DNA of 64,000 nt from Candidatus Omnitrophota bacterium. GTDB taxonomy: Bacteria > Omnitrophota > Gorgyraeia > B26-G9. Positions 10,258 to 19,458 of this stretch are shown here, one piece after another; position 1 is the stretch's first letter, and every line of letters begins with the position of its first letter. The DNA is taken from assembly GCA_018817165.1 (NCBI GenBank), contig JAHITY010000101.1, positions 278 to 64,277 on the forward strand, in the 5' to 3' direction. A program made the position numbers and the translations under genes. The notes below the pieces were generated by a model. The model saw only the letters and a program-made list of their open reading frames with translations, ran no database searches and had not been told where the DNA came from.

Positions 10258-10707
10258 ATGAATAAATGCAGAGTTTTTACTCTTAAGAAAATAAAACCGC
10301 AAAAAATCACAAAACAAAGTTTTAAAAAATACGGTTCTATTATCGAATGGGATGGTCCTGAAAATAAAGCGGAAAAAAATCAATTTAGAATTGTAATCCG
10401 TGATAGTAAAGTCACTGGATGGAGAATCGCTTATCTGATTGTTCGCAAAAAAAAAGTTGATTTTTTGGAGCAACATCCGCGTTCTTATGAGAGTTTTGAG
10501 CCGATTAAAGGAAAGTCGATTATTTATGTTGCAAATAAGAAAAATTCTAAAAATATAGAGGCTTTTATTCTGGATAAGCCGATAGTATTGCGTAAGGGGC
10601 TTTGGCATAATGTAGTTACAGTAGGAAAAGAGGCTCATATTAAAATTACTGAGAATAATGATGTTGCTCTTATAAAGCAGTTTTTAGGTTATTGGCTTAC
10701 AGCTTAA
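10258..10707 (+). CDS. Ureidoglycolate lyase-like cupin
   Basis: F.KYG.II, LEQHP.SYESFEP, KGLWH. Confidence 0.72.
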   Translation: MNKCRVFTLKKIKPQKITKQSFKKYGSIIEWDGPENKAEKNQFRIVIRDSKVTGWRIAYLIVRKKKVDFLEQHPRSYESFEPIKGKSIIYVANKKNSKNIEAFILDKPIVLRKGLWHNVVTVGKEAHIKITENNDVALIKQFLGYWLTA

Positions 10708-10918
10708 AATAATAAGGATCCCGACAATATCTGCTAGGCCGCAGCTATTTCGGACTAAATTCGAGCAGGCTGACTTGATGTCGCTTGATGCTCCATAAGT
10801 CAGGCTTAAATAATAATGATTCCGAAAATATCTGCTAGGCCGCAGCTATTTCGGACTAAATTCGAGCAGGCTGACTTGACGTCGTAAAGAACACTCCGTA
10901 AGTCAGGCTCTCATTTAA
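10708..10918. repeat. Two tandem copies (~101-nt period) of a structured dispersed repeat
   Basis: Copies 10708-10806 and 10809-10918 share AATATCTGCTAGGCCGCAGCTATTTCGGACTAAATTCGAGCAGGCTGACTTGA...TAAGTCAGGCT; third copy at 35927. Confidence 0.97.
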
Positions 10919-10984
10919 TTGACGGGGTGTGTTTTTTATGCTATCGTATAATCCAATATATTGAGTCGAGGTGTATAAATAATC

Positions 10985-11263
10985 ATGGAATATCAAATAT
11001 ATCAGCTCGAAAAAGAAAAAAAATTTGAAGCAACCTGTCTGCGCTGTGGTAATTGCTGCGGGGCACAAGATGATCCCTGTATGCATCTAGTAATCCAGCC
11101 TCATGGAGAGTATTTTTGTGATATTTATGATTCTCGAGGAGGAGTGCAGAAAACACGTTCGGGTAAATTTTTTGAATGTGTTTCTATCCGAGATATTCTG
11201 CATGAAGATTGGTCGGGTAATTGGAATTGTGCTTATAAAAAACAGAATAATATCATAACATAA
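10985..11263 (+). CDS. Small Cys-cluster protein (YkgJ/CxxCxxCC-like)
   Basis: [20 protein letters not shown]; GAGG SD. Confidence 0.75.
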   Translation: MEYQIYQLEKEKKFEATCLRCGNCCGAQDDPCMHLVIQPHGEYFCDIYDSRGGVQKTRSGKFFECVSIRDILHEDWSGNWNCAYKKQNNIIT

Positions 11264-11289
11264 TATGGATTTTAATTAAAAGAGGCCAG

Positions 11290-11600
11290 ATGATTGATCA
11301 GCGAATAATATTAAGTAAAAAGGAACTTCCTAAATCTTGGTATAATATTCAAGCTGATTTTTCTAAGCCAGTAACTCCGGCATTAAATCCGGTAACTGGC
11401 AAACCAGCTACTGCTGATTCGGGCTCGCATAAGACGAAGACTGCGCTTGCCCAAGCTTATTATAATAATAAACAAGCGGGAGTCAAGAGAATCGCTACAG
11501 AAATAGGCGCGGGACAGTGGGAAGCGCATTAGCTTTCGCGACTAATTTCTTTGGTATTGAATGCGTGGTTTATATGGTAAAAATAATCTTGGATCTGTGA
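11290..11600 (+). pseudogene. trpB2: Remnant of type 2 tryptophan synthase beta (TrpB2)
   Basis: [11 protein letters not shown] fused directly to [21 protein letters not shown]; continues in a shifted frame as [21 protein letters not shown], then truncated. Confidence 0.9.
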
Positions 11601-11622
11601 GTTTTAGGCGGAAAGCGGAATA

Positions 11623-11883
11623 ATGTTTATTAATATAAAAGTAATTACTAATGCGGCTAAAAACGAAATAACCGAGCAAGCAAAAGGGCAATATTTAGTC
11701 AAAGTGACTGCTTCGCCGGAAAGAGGCAAGGCAAATAAAAGAGTAATGGAATTGCTGGCAGAATATTTCGCGGTTCCGAAAATGGATATACTCATAGTCA
11801 AGGGTAAGTATAATTCTAAAAAATTGCTAAATATTATAAATAAAAAACAAATAAACAAACAAACAGATGAGGAGGAAGTATGA
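11623..11883 (+). CDS. DUF167 (YggU) family protein
   Basis: VKVTASPERGKANK, IVKG..SKK. Confidence 0.85.
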   Translation: MFINIKVITNAAKNEITEQAKGQYLVKVTASPERGKANKRVMELLAEYFAVPKMDILIVKGKYNSKKLLNIINKKQINKQTDEEEV

Positions 11884-12101
11884 AAGAACAGGTAGAAAAG
11901 ATACTTGAGGAGATAAGACCAATGCTTCAGGCTGATGGTGGAAATGTTGAATTGGTAGCAGTTACTGCCGATGGGATTGTTCAGGTTAGGCTTAAAGGCG
12001 CCTGTGGATCATGTCCAATGTCTCAGATGACATTAAAGATGGGTATAGAGAAAAGAATTAAAGAGGCACTTCCTTCAATCAAGGAAGTAGTAGCTGTATA
12101 A
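11880..12101 (+). CDS. NifU C-terminal domain (NfuA-like) Fe-S carrier
   Basis: IRPMLQADGGNVELV, GACGSCPMS. Confidence 0.93.
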   Translation: MKEQVEKILEEIRPMLQADGGNVELVAVTADGIVQVRLKGACGSCPMSQMTLKMGIEKRIKEALPSIKEVVAV

Positions 12102-12125
12102 TTTTTTGATAAAAAAGGGATTCTT

Positions 12126-12545
12126 GTGGCAAAACTGATTAGGTTTGGGGTTTCGATTGATAAGAAATTGCTGGATAAATTTGATGCTTTAATTTTAAAG
12201 CATCAATATTCTAATCGGTCACAAGCAATTGCTGATTTTATGCGGGAAAAGCTGATTGAACAGGATTGGAATACTCAGAAAAAGAAGGTTGCGGCAACTA
12301 TTAGTTTAGTTTACAGTCATCATCACAGAACAATGCTTAATAAAGTGATGGATATTCAGCATGACTTTGAGAAATTAATCATATCAACGCAGCATATTCA
12401 TCTTGATCATGATAATTGTTTAGAAATTATTGCGGCATTTGGAAAAGGACAGGATATTTTAGAGCTGGCGCAGAGGCTGCGTGCGGTTAAAGGGATAAAA
12501 CATGCTTCTTTTACAATGACAACTAGCGGTAAGCAAATAAGTTAG
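12126..12545 (+). CDS. nikR: Nickel-responsive regulator NikR
   Basis: RHH domain RFGVSI..NRSQAI; HIHLDHDNCLE Ni site. Confidence 0.95.
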   Translation: MAKLIRFGVSIDKKLLDKFDALILKHQYSNRSQAIADFMREKLIEQDWNTQKKKVAATISLVYSHHHRTMLNKVMDIQHDFEKLIISTQHIHLDHDNCLEIIAAFGKGQDILELAQRLRAVKGIKHASFTMTTSGKQIS

Positions 12546-12564
12546 TTATCACAGCTTAATGATT

Positions 12565-12605
12565 AAAAGCGGCAACTTTCAATTTTTAAGTTGCCGCTTT
12601 TTTTT
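12565..12605 (+). terminator. Intrinsic terminator after nikR
   Basis: AAAAGCGGCAACTT / AAGTTGCCGCTTTT stem with poly-T tail. Confidence 0.85.
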
Positions 12606-12655
12606 ATTAAGGGTTTTAATCGTTTACTGTTTTGGCTTTATAATGTTGGAAAGAC

Positions 12656-12684
12656 TTGCTATGTAAGGGGATATCTGCTAAAAT
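12656..12684 (+). promoter_or_regulatory. Putative sigma70 promoter of the tmk operon
   Basis: TTGCTA-N17-TAAAAT with extended -10 TG. Confidence 0.55.
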
Positions 12685-12698
12685 TAAGGTGGTGAATT

Positions 12699-13355
12699 AT
12701 GCACAAAAAACAAGCTTTTATAATTAGTTTTGAGGGAATTGAAGGAACCGGGAAAAGTACTCAATCTCGTTTATTAAGTAGTTTTTTAGCCAAACAAGGT
12801 TTTAAAACTGCTTTTTTCAGAGAGCCGGGGTCTTCAGTCTTTGGCGAACAAATCCGGAATATTTTATTGCATGGAAAAAGTAAGCTTAGTGCTTTGTCTG
12901 AAACATTGCTGTTTATTGCAGCGCGGGAACAATTAAGGATTGAAAAAATACAGCCGAATATCGCAAAAAAAGATATAGTGATCATTGATCGCTATATTGA
13001 TGCTACAGTTGCTTATCAAGGGTATGGCTCGGGGGTAGATATTGAGCTGATAAATCAATTGAATAAAGTAGTAATCGGCAAGTGTATTCCCAATTTAACT
13101 ATTTTATTTGATATTGATCCAAAAATCGGGCTTGTGCGGAGTGGAAGAGGTGATCGTTTTGAAAAACGCAAAATCTCTTTTCATCAAAGGGTAAGGATGG
13201 GGTATCTAAAGATAGCAAAAGAAAACCCTGATAGGATAAAAATAATCAAAGTGGATACTGATATTAAAACGATTCAAAATCAGTTAAGGACTATCCTAAA
13301 TAATGAGTTTAATTTTAAAAAAAGAAAACACAAAAAAAGTGCAGATAAAAAATAG
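12699..13355 (+). CDS. tmk: Thymidylate kinase
   Basis: FEGIEGTGKSTQ, REPG, DRYIDATVAYQG. Confidence 0.96.
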   Translation: MHKKQAFIISFEGIEGTGKSTQSRLLSSFLAKQGFKTAFFREPGSSVFGEQIRNILLHGKSKLSALSETLLFIAAREQLRIEKIQPNIAKKDIVIIDRYIDATVAYQGYGSGVDIELINQLNKVVIGKCIPNLTILFDIDPKIGLVRSGRGDRFEKRKISFHQRVRMGYLKIAKENPDRIKIIKVDTDIKTIQNQLRTILNNEFNFKKRKHKKSADKK

Positions 13356-14232
13356 TTATGTTTTTAACGATTCGCAAAGTATTGCCAGGGTTTTTGCTAA
13401 TGGCGGGAGCTTTTTATTTGTGGGCGATAATAAAAATCAAATAGAAACGGTTATTGAATCTTTATCTAAGCAAGAAGCATGTTTGAATAAAGTTAATCCT
13501 GGTCAGGATGATGTTTATTGCGGACAGTGCCGCGATTGTCAATTAATTGCTGCTAGACAGCATCCTGATGTTCATTGGATTGAACCCAAAGGGGCTTCAG
13601 CTTCAATTAAAATAGAAGATATCAGGGGGCTAAATGAGCAGATAAACCTGAAGCCTTTTCAGGCACAGAGAAAAACTTTTATTATTCAAGATGCGCAAAG
13701 AATGGGTCCGGAAGCAGCTAATGCTTTACTGAAAACACTTGAAGAACCGCCGCAGAATGCAAGTTTAGTTTTAATTTCAAAAAGTTTAACAGAGCTTTTG
13801 CCGACGATTGTTTCTCGTTGTAAGCTTGTACGCTTTTCTCAAGGCGGCAATGATTTAACTGAAGCTCAACCTCTGATTGATCAGCTTGTTCAGCGTTTTT
13901 TTGAACAGGATGATATCCCCAGTGACAATAGTTTGTATGAAGATATGGGGGCCTTAGACCGGAGCAGGGTGGAGCAGGTTTTATATGAATTGGCTTGTGT
14001 AATGCGGGACATATTGATTATTGGCTTAAAAACTGAGAGGGTTAAGTTTTTAAGCAATCAATCTCCAGAAAAAATAAAGCAATGGTCAGGACTTTTTCAA
14101 CAATCTTTTTTAGAACAGATATTGGAACAGGTTATAATCACGAAGAGCAATGTTAGTAGAAATGCTAATGTTAAGCTGGCAATTGATTTATTGGTAAAAT
14201 CAATTGATAAGTATAAGTTTGTAAACAACTAA
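13303..14232 (+). CDS. holB: DNA polymerase III delta' subunit
   Basis: CGQCRDC, HPDV, ANALLKTLEEPP, TIVSRC; tmk-holB-ricT synteny. Confidence 0.88.
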   Translation: MSLILKKENTKKVQIKNSYVFNDSQSIARVFANGGSFLFVGDNKNQIETVIESLSKQEACLNKVNPGQDDVYCGQCRDCQLIAARQHPDVHWIEPKGASASIKIEDIRGLNEQINLKPFQAQRKTFIIQDAQRMGPEAANALLKTLEEPPQNASLVLISKSLTELLPTIVSRCKLVRFSQGGNDLTEAQPLIDQLVQRFFEQDDIPSDNSLYEDMGALDRSRVEQVLYELACVMRDILIIGLKTERVKFLSNQSPEKIKQWSGLFQQSFLEQILEQVIITKSNVSRNANVKLAIDLLVKSIDKYKFVNN

Positions 14233-14285
14233 ATTCAGGAAAACTGTTTAATAATTAAATGTTGCTAAACATTTCGGAGTAAAAT

Positions 14286-15125
14286 ATGGTGAAAATAGTA
14301 AAGGTGAAATTGAAAGATCAGGTAAAGCCGGTGCCTTATAACGCGAACAATTTAAATCTCAATCCGAATGATATGGTTATTGTTGAATCTGAACGCGGGC
14401 AGGATTGCGCGGAAGTTATTTCTGTTGGGGAAAAAAATGCTCAGGATATAAAAGGCGCGGTTAAAAAAGTTATAAGATTGATGACTCCTCAGGACCATGA
14501 ACAGATGTTAACTAATAAAAAAGAGATAAAAGCGATTTTTAAAACAACGCAAAAGAAGATTGTTGAGCGCAAGCTGGAAATGAAGCTTGTTGAAGCGGAA
14601 TATTCTTTTGACCGCAGTAAGATAATTTTCTATTTTACTGCTGAAGGCCGAGTTGATTTTCGAGAATTAGTTCGCGATCTTGCTCACCTTTTTAAGGCAA
14701 GAATAGAATTGAAGCAAATCGGGGTGCGGGATGAAGTGAAGATGTTTGGCGGATACGGCTGTTGCGGCAGAGAGCTTTGCTGCGCGGCGTTTCTTAAGGA
14801 TTTTGAGCCGGTTACTATCCGGATGGCTAAACAGCAGAATATGCCGCTTAATCCGGAAAAAATATCAGGTCTTTGCGGCAGACTAATGTGTTGTTTAGGC
14901 TATGAATATCAGACCTATAAAGAATTTTGCAAAAAACTGCCTAAAGAGGGACAATATATCGAGACACCGGAAGGCAAAGGCAGAGTTTTAAGTGTGCATA
15001 CGCTTAAACAAACGGTTTTAGTGGAATTAGAAGATGAACGTAAAATTGAGGTTTCGCTGAAATCCAAATGCGCGCAAAATCAAGATAAAGGGAAATGTAA
15101 ACAAAATCATGAAAGCGAAAAATAA
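14286..15125 (+). CDS. ricT: PSP1-domain protein RicT/YaaT
   Basis: FYFTAEGRVDFRELV, GCCGRELCC, SGLCGRLMCCL. Confidence 0.92.
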   Translation: MVKIVKVKLKDQVKPVPYNANNLNLNPNDMVIVESERGQDCAEVISVGEKNAQDIKGAVKKVIRLMTPQDHEQMLTNKKEIKAIFKTTQKKIVERKLEMKLVEAEYSFDRSKIIFYFTAEGRVDFRELVRDLAHLFKARIELKQIGVRDEVKMFGGYGCCGRELCCAAFLKDFEPVTIRMAKQQNMPLNPEKISGLCGRLMCCLGYEYQTYKEFCKKLPKEGQYIETPEGKGRVLSVHTLKQTVLVELEDERKIEVSLKSKCAQNQDKGKCKQNHESEK

Positions 15126-16581
15126 TTTTTATATAACTACAGCGATTGATTATCCTTCAGGGAAACCGCATATCGGACATGCCTATGAAAAAATCCTGGC
15201 TGATACTATTGCGCGTTGGCAAAGAAGCCAGAAGCGGAATGTTTTTTTTCTTACCGGAACAGATGAACATGGTCAGAAGATTGAGAAGTATGCTAAGCAG
15301 GATAATAAGAGTCCGGAAGAATTTGTCATAGCCATGACAGCGGAATTTATCGGGCTTTGTAAAATGCTTAATATCTCAAATGATGATTTTATTCGGACTA
15401 CGGAAAAAAGACATATTGATGTTGCTTTGGCTATCCTTAAAAAAGCGATGGATAAAGGGGATATTTATAAAGATAAATACGAAGGGTATTATTGCGTTGA
15501 TTGCGAATGTTTTTATCTGGAGCGGGATTTAATTGATGGGAAGTGCGCTGTGCATAAAAAGCCAGCTGATTGGATTGAAGAAGATGGTTATTTTTTTAAG
15601 ATGAGTATGTATCAGCAAAAAGTTCTAGATCACATAGCTAATAATCAGGATTTTATTTTTCCGAAAACTCGGCGTAATGAAATAATTAATCGGATAAAAG
15701 AGGGGGTTAGGGATTTAAGTATTTCCCGTTCTAATTTCAGCTGGGGCATTCCTTTTCCTGCTGATAAAGAACATGTGATTTTTGTCTGGTTTGACGCGTT
15801 GATAAATTATGTAAGCGGAATCGGGTATCCTGATAGTCCGAGATTTGAGGATTTCTGGCCGGCAGATATTCATCTTATCGGCAAGGATATCCTTTGGTTT
15901 CATACTATGGTCTGGATGGCGATTTTAATGTCGGCTGATATTGAGCTGCCAAAAGCTGTTTTTGTTCATGGGTTTATTAATTTACAGGGAGAAAAGATAT
16001 CAAAGAGCTCGGGAGTATTAGTTGATCCGGTTGCGTTAATAGAGAAATACGGGGCAGATAGTTTGCGCTATTTTCTTTTAAGAGAGATGTCTTTTGGGGA
16101 AGATGGTAATTTTTCCGAACAAGCGCTTATTCGCAGAATAAACAGTGACTTGGCAAATGACTTGGGAAATCTAATCCATCGAAGCGCGACAATGATTGAA
16201 AAATATGTGCAAGGTAATGTTCCGATCAAGCGGATTGCTGAGCATCAAGTGACTTTGTGGGAATTCGCGGAAAATCTTAATAATTCGGTTGCTGAGCAAA
16301 TGCAGATTTATAATTTTGCCCAAGCCTTATCGAAGATATGGGAAGTGATTAATTTAGCGAATAAATTTATCGAAGATACAAAACCATGGGTTTTATTTAA
16401 GGAAAATAAACAGGAACAGTTATCTGATTTTATTTTTATTTTAAATTTTGTGATTAATAAGGTGCAGGAAAATTTGCAACCGTTTATGCCTGAGACTGCG
16501 GATAAAATTCAGCAGCAATTCAGTTCAGGCTGTATTAAAAAGCAAGAACCCCTTTTTCCGAGGATTGAAGATGCTGATTGA
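15109..16581 (+). CDS. metG: Methionine--tRNA ligase (short form lacking C-terminal dimerisation domain)
   Basis: HIGH, GTDEHGQK, WFDAL, KISKS. Confidence 0.96.
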   Translation: MKAKNNFYITTAIDYPSGKPHIGHAYEKILADTIARWQRSQKRNVFFLTGTDEHGQKIEKYAKQDNKSPEEFVIAMTAEFIGLCKMLNISNDDFIRTTEKRHIDVALAILKKAMDKGDIYKDKYEGYYCVDCECFYLERDLIDGKCAVHKKPADWIEEDGYFFKMSMYQQKVLDHIANNQDFIFPKTRRNEIINRIKEGVRDLSISRSNFSWGIPFPADKEHVIFVWFDALINYVSGIGYPDSPRFEDFWPADIHLIGKDILWFHTMVWMAILMSADIELPKAVFVHGFINLQGEKISKSSGVLVDPVALIEKYGADSLRYFLLREMSFGEDGNFSEQALIRRINSDLANDLGNLIHRSATMIEKYVQGNVPIKRIAEHQVTLWEFAENLNNSVAEQMQIYNFAQALSKIWEVINLANKFIEDTKPWVLFKENKQEQLSDFIFILNFVINKVQENLQPFMPETADKIQQQFSSGCIKKQEPLFPRIEDAD

Positions 16582-17362
16582 TACGCATTGTCATATTGAC
16601 TTTAAGCAATTTGATCAAGATAGGGATGAAGTTATTAAACGCGCTGAGCAAGCAGGTGTAAAATATCTGGTAAATGTGGGGGCCGATATAAGAGGTTCGG
16701 AAGAATCAATAAAATTAGCAAAACAGTATGCTAATATCTTTGCTGCTGTGGGAATCCATCCGCACTATGCCCAGCAGGTAAACAGTCAAGACATTCAATA
16801 TATTGGGGAATTAGCGGGTTCTCAAAAAGTTGTCGCGATTGGCGAAATAGGACTAGATTATTTTGACCATAATAATCCGAAAGTTTTGATCGAAAAGGTT
16901 TTACAGGCAAAGCAACAGGATGTTTTAATCAAGTTTATTGATTTAGCTGTGTGGAAAAAACTGCCGATTATTTTTCATTGTCGTAATGCCGCTGATGATC
17001 TTTTAGCAATAATATCAGAAAATATTAATAGGCAAAATTCGGCAGTAGTTCATTGTTTTGCCCAAAGTAAAGAGTTTTTGCGCAAATGTTTGGACAAAGG
17101 GATTTATGTTTCTTTTACCGCGAACATTACTTATAAAAAAGCGGATGAATTAAGAACGTTGATTGCTTTTACCCCTTTGGATAGAATTTTTTTGGAAACT
17201 GACGCGCCGTATCTTGCTCCTCAGGGGAAACGGGGGCAGCGCAATGAGCCGGCTTATATAACTTTTTTAGCAAGTGAGGTAGCTCGGATAAAACAGATCA
17301 GCCTAGAAAAATTAGCTCAAGTTACAACTGATAGCGCGAAAAGTTTTTTTAAGATTAGTTAA
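16571..17362 (+). CDS. tatD: TatD family hydrolase/DNase
   Basis: DTHCH, GIHPH, GEIGLD, HCR, HCF, ETDAPY. Confidence 0.93.
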   Translation: MLIDTHCHIDFKQFDQDRDEVIKRAEQAGVKYLVNVGADIRGSEESIKLAKQYANIFAAVGIHPHYAQQVNSQDIQYIGELAGSQKVVAIGEIGLDYFDHNNPKVLIEKVLQAKQQDVLIKFIDLAVWKKLPIIFHCRNAADDLLAIISENINRQNSAVVHCFAQSKEFLRKCLDKGIYVSFTANITYKKADELRTLIAFTPLDRIFLETDAPYLAPQGKRGQRNEPAYITFLASEVARIKQISLEKLAQVTTDSAKSFFKIS

Positions 17363-17414
17363 TATTAAAATGTTTCAGCTAAATTTATAACAATATTAAA
17401 ATTAAGCAGGGTTT

Positions 17415-18509
17415 ATGTCGCAAGTTAGTATAATTCGCTGTGCTGATTATGAAGTAAACGCGCTTTATCAATCTGTAAAACAGTCAGTTGACGCGATTGG
17501 TGGAATCGATAAATTTATTAAAAAAGGGCAATCAGTATTGCTCAAGCCTAATTTTCTTAAAATCGCCAGGCCGGAGGAAGCGGTAATAACTCACCCGGAA
17601 TTTATTCGGGCAGTTATTCGGTTGGTAAAAACCGTTACGGATAAAATATTTATTGGGGATAGTCCCGGGGGATTAGTTAAAGCCGAAGATATTTATGAAC
17701 AATGCGGGATCAAGCAAGTTGCTCAGGAAGAAAACGCGGAGCTGGTTAGATTTGATAAAATTAAACAAATAGAGGGGATTCCCTTTGCCAGGATAAAAGA
17801 CGAGGTTGATGTTGTAATATCATTGCCTAAGCTTAAAACGCATAATCTGACAACCTTAACCTGCGCGATTAAAAATGTTTTTGGTCTTGTTCCTGGTTTG
17901 TATAAAGTCCATTGTCATAAGAAAGCGCCGAATTTTCAGGTTTTTGCCAAAGAATTAGTAAGAATATATTCAATGGCTATTCCTGATTTAAGTATTATCG
18001 ATGGGGTTCTGGCTATGCAAGGAGAAGGCCCTTCCGGAGGCGATCCATATAAACTTGGATTGGTGATTGCATCGGCAGATGCGGTTGCGGCGGATGCTGT
18101 TGTATCCAAAATAATTGGCCTTGACCCGTTTTCTGTGCCGAGTATAAAAATAGCGCATGATCGGAAATTGGGACAGGGGGATTTGAATAATATTCAAGTA
18201 ATCGGAGAGTCCATAGCTAAAGTATTAGTTAATGATTTTGCTTTACCTGAAATAATGGGCATATATAAAATACCCAATTTTTTATTAAAAAGTATTTTAC
18301 GGTTTATTCCGTTAATGTTGACTATCGATGCTAAGAAATGTAATAATTGTTTAATGTGCGTAAAAATTTGCCCGCAAAAAACAATTGAACAATTAAATTT
18401 AAAAGTAAAAATTAATCCAAAAAAATGTATACTTTGTCTTTGCTGTAGTGAAATGTGCCCGAATAATGCAATATATTTGCGTTTTTTAAAGGGGAGAAGA
18501 AAAAAATGA
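17415..18509 (+). CDS. DUF362 protein with C-terminal 2x[4Fe-4S] ferredoxin domain
   Basis: LLKPN, THP, PKLKTH, IKN, G.GP; two CxxCxxCxxxCP motifs. Confidence 0.9.
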   Translation: MSQVSIIRCADYEVNALYQSVKQSVDAIGGIDKFIKKGQSVLLKPNFLKIARPEEAVITHPEFIRAVIRLVKTVTDKIFIGDSPGGLVKAEDIYEQCGIKQVAQEENAELVRFDKIKQIEGIPFARIKDEVDVVISLPKLKTHNLTTLTCAIKNVFGLVPGLYKVHCHKKAPNFQVFAKELVRIYSMAIPDLSIIDGVLAMQGEGPSGGDPYKLGLVIASADAVAADAVVSKIIGLDPFSVPSIKIAHDRKLGQGDLNNIQVIGESIAKVLVNDFALPEIMGIYKIPNFLLKSILRFIPLMLTIDAKKCNNCLMCVKICPQKTIEQLNLKVKINPKKCILCLCCSEMCPNNAIYLRFLKGRRKK

Positions 18510-19402
18510 CGAGCAAAATTCTTATTGTTGAAGATACTCAAAAAGATTTTGATTCCTTTCAACAAACATTAGTAAATGAGAAATTTATTATTGTGCGCTC
18601 ATCAGATGGAAAAAATCTGTTTGAGCTTATGGAAAAAGAAAATCCGGATTTGATTATCCTTGATCTTATTTTACCCGAAACTGATGGATTCGAATTGTGC
18701 AAAATAATTCGTTCGGAAGAACGTTTTCTAAATATTCCGATACTCTTCTTTAGCTCATCCTTGAATATGGATAATAAACTTCTTGGTTTGCAACTGGGAG
18801 CTTCGGATTTTTTAAGCAAAGATTGTGATAGCCGAGAGCTTATTATTAAAATTAAAAATTTATTACGCACTAAAAGGCTGTATGATGATGTGGTCCGGCT
18901 TTCGGTTGTTGATAGTTTAACTCATGTTTATAATCGCAGATATTTTCAGCATAGATTGCGGGATGAGTTTGAACGCGCACGGCGCTATGATCGGGATTTT
19001 TGTTGTTTAATTATCGATGTGGATAAATTTAAAGAAGTTAATGATACTTTGGGGCATCCGATCGGTGATAAAGCGCTTAAGTCTATAGCCGATATCCTGC
19101 GCAGCAATATCCGAACCGCGGATATTTTATGCCGCTATGGTGGTGATGAATTTGGTTTGCTTTTACCGGAAACTAATTTTCAGAGGGCTTATGTTACTGC
19201 GGAGCGCGTGCGCAGTAAGGTGGAAAAAATAAATCTGGCAACTGAAGAAAAACCGGTTTTTATATCGCTTAGCTGCGGCATAAGCTCGTTGGTAGAAGGG
19301 GGCGCTTTAGGTATGGAGGAGCTGGTGACACAGGCTGATGTTGCTTTGTATAAAGCGAAAAAAGCGGGAAGAAACCAAATAAGTTTTTATGGTAGAAAAT
19401 AG
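18506..19402 (+). CDS. Response regulator diguanylate cyclase (REC-GGDEF)
   Basis: REC (VED..ILD..K) plus RTAD I-site and GGDEF. Confidence 0.93.
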   Translation: MTSKILIVEDTQKDFDSFQQTLVNEKFIIVRSSDGKNLFELMEKENPDLIILDLILPETDGFELCKIIRSEERFLNIPILFFSSSLNMDNKLLGLQLGASDFLSKDCDSRELIIKIKNLLRTKRLYDDVVRLSVVDSLTHVYNRRYFQHRLRDEFERARRYDRDFCCLIIDVDKFKEVNDTLGHPIGDKALKSIADILRSNIRTADILCRYGGDEFGLLLPETNFQRAYVTAERVRSKVEKINLATEEKPVFISLSCGISSLVEGGALGMEELVTQADVALYKAKKAGRNQISFYGRK

Positions 19403-19458
19403 GATTCTTGCGGGTTTTAATTTTACAAATAAACAGGGTTTAGCGAAAGGGGGATGTC

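Noticed and set aside
10708-10918. Possible CRISPR array or integron attC sites
   Set aside because: Units are ~100 nt with no unique spacers; no cas or intI genes; no clear attC R-box ends
10856-11086. Minus-strand ORFs 10856-11086 and 35974-36156 ending in identical LNESLTYGVFFTTSSQPARI
   Set aside because: Identity comes from the DNA repeat. The N-termini are unrelated and repeat copy 1 has a 2-nt shorter loop that breaks this frame.
13303-14232. holB as a pseudogene because Walker A is lost (GDNKNQIE)
   Set aside because: Delta' is normally ATPase-inactive; Zn and SRC motifs and the ORF are intact
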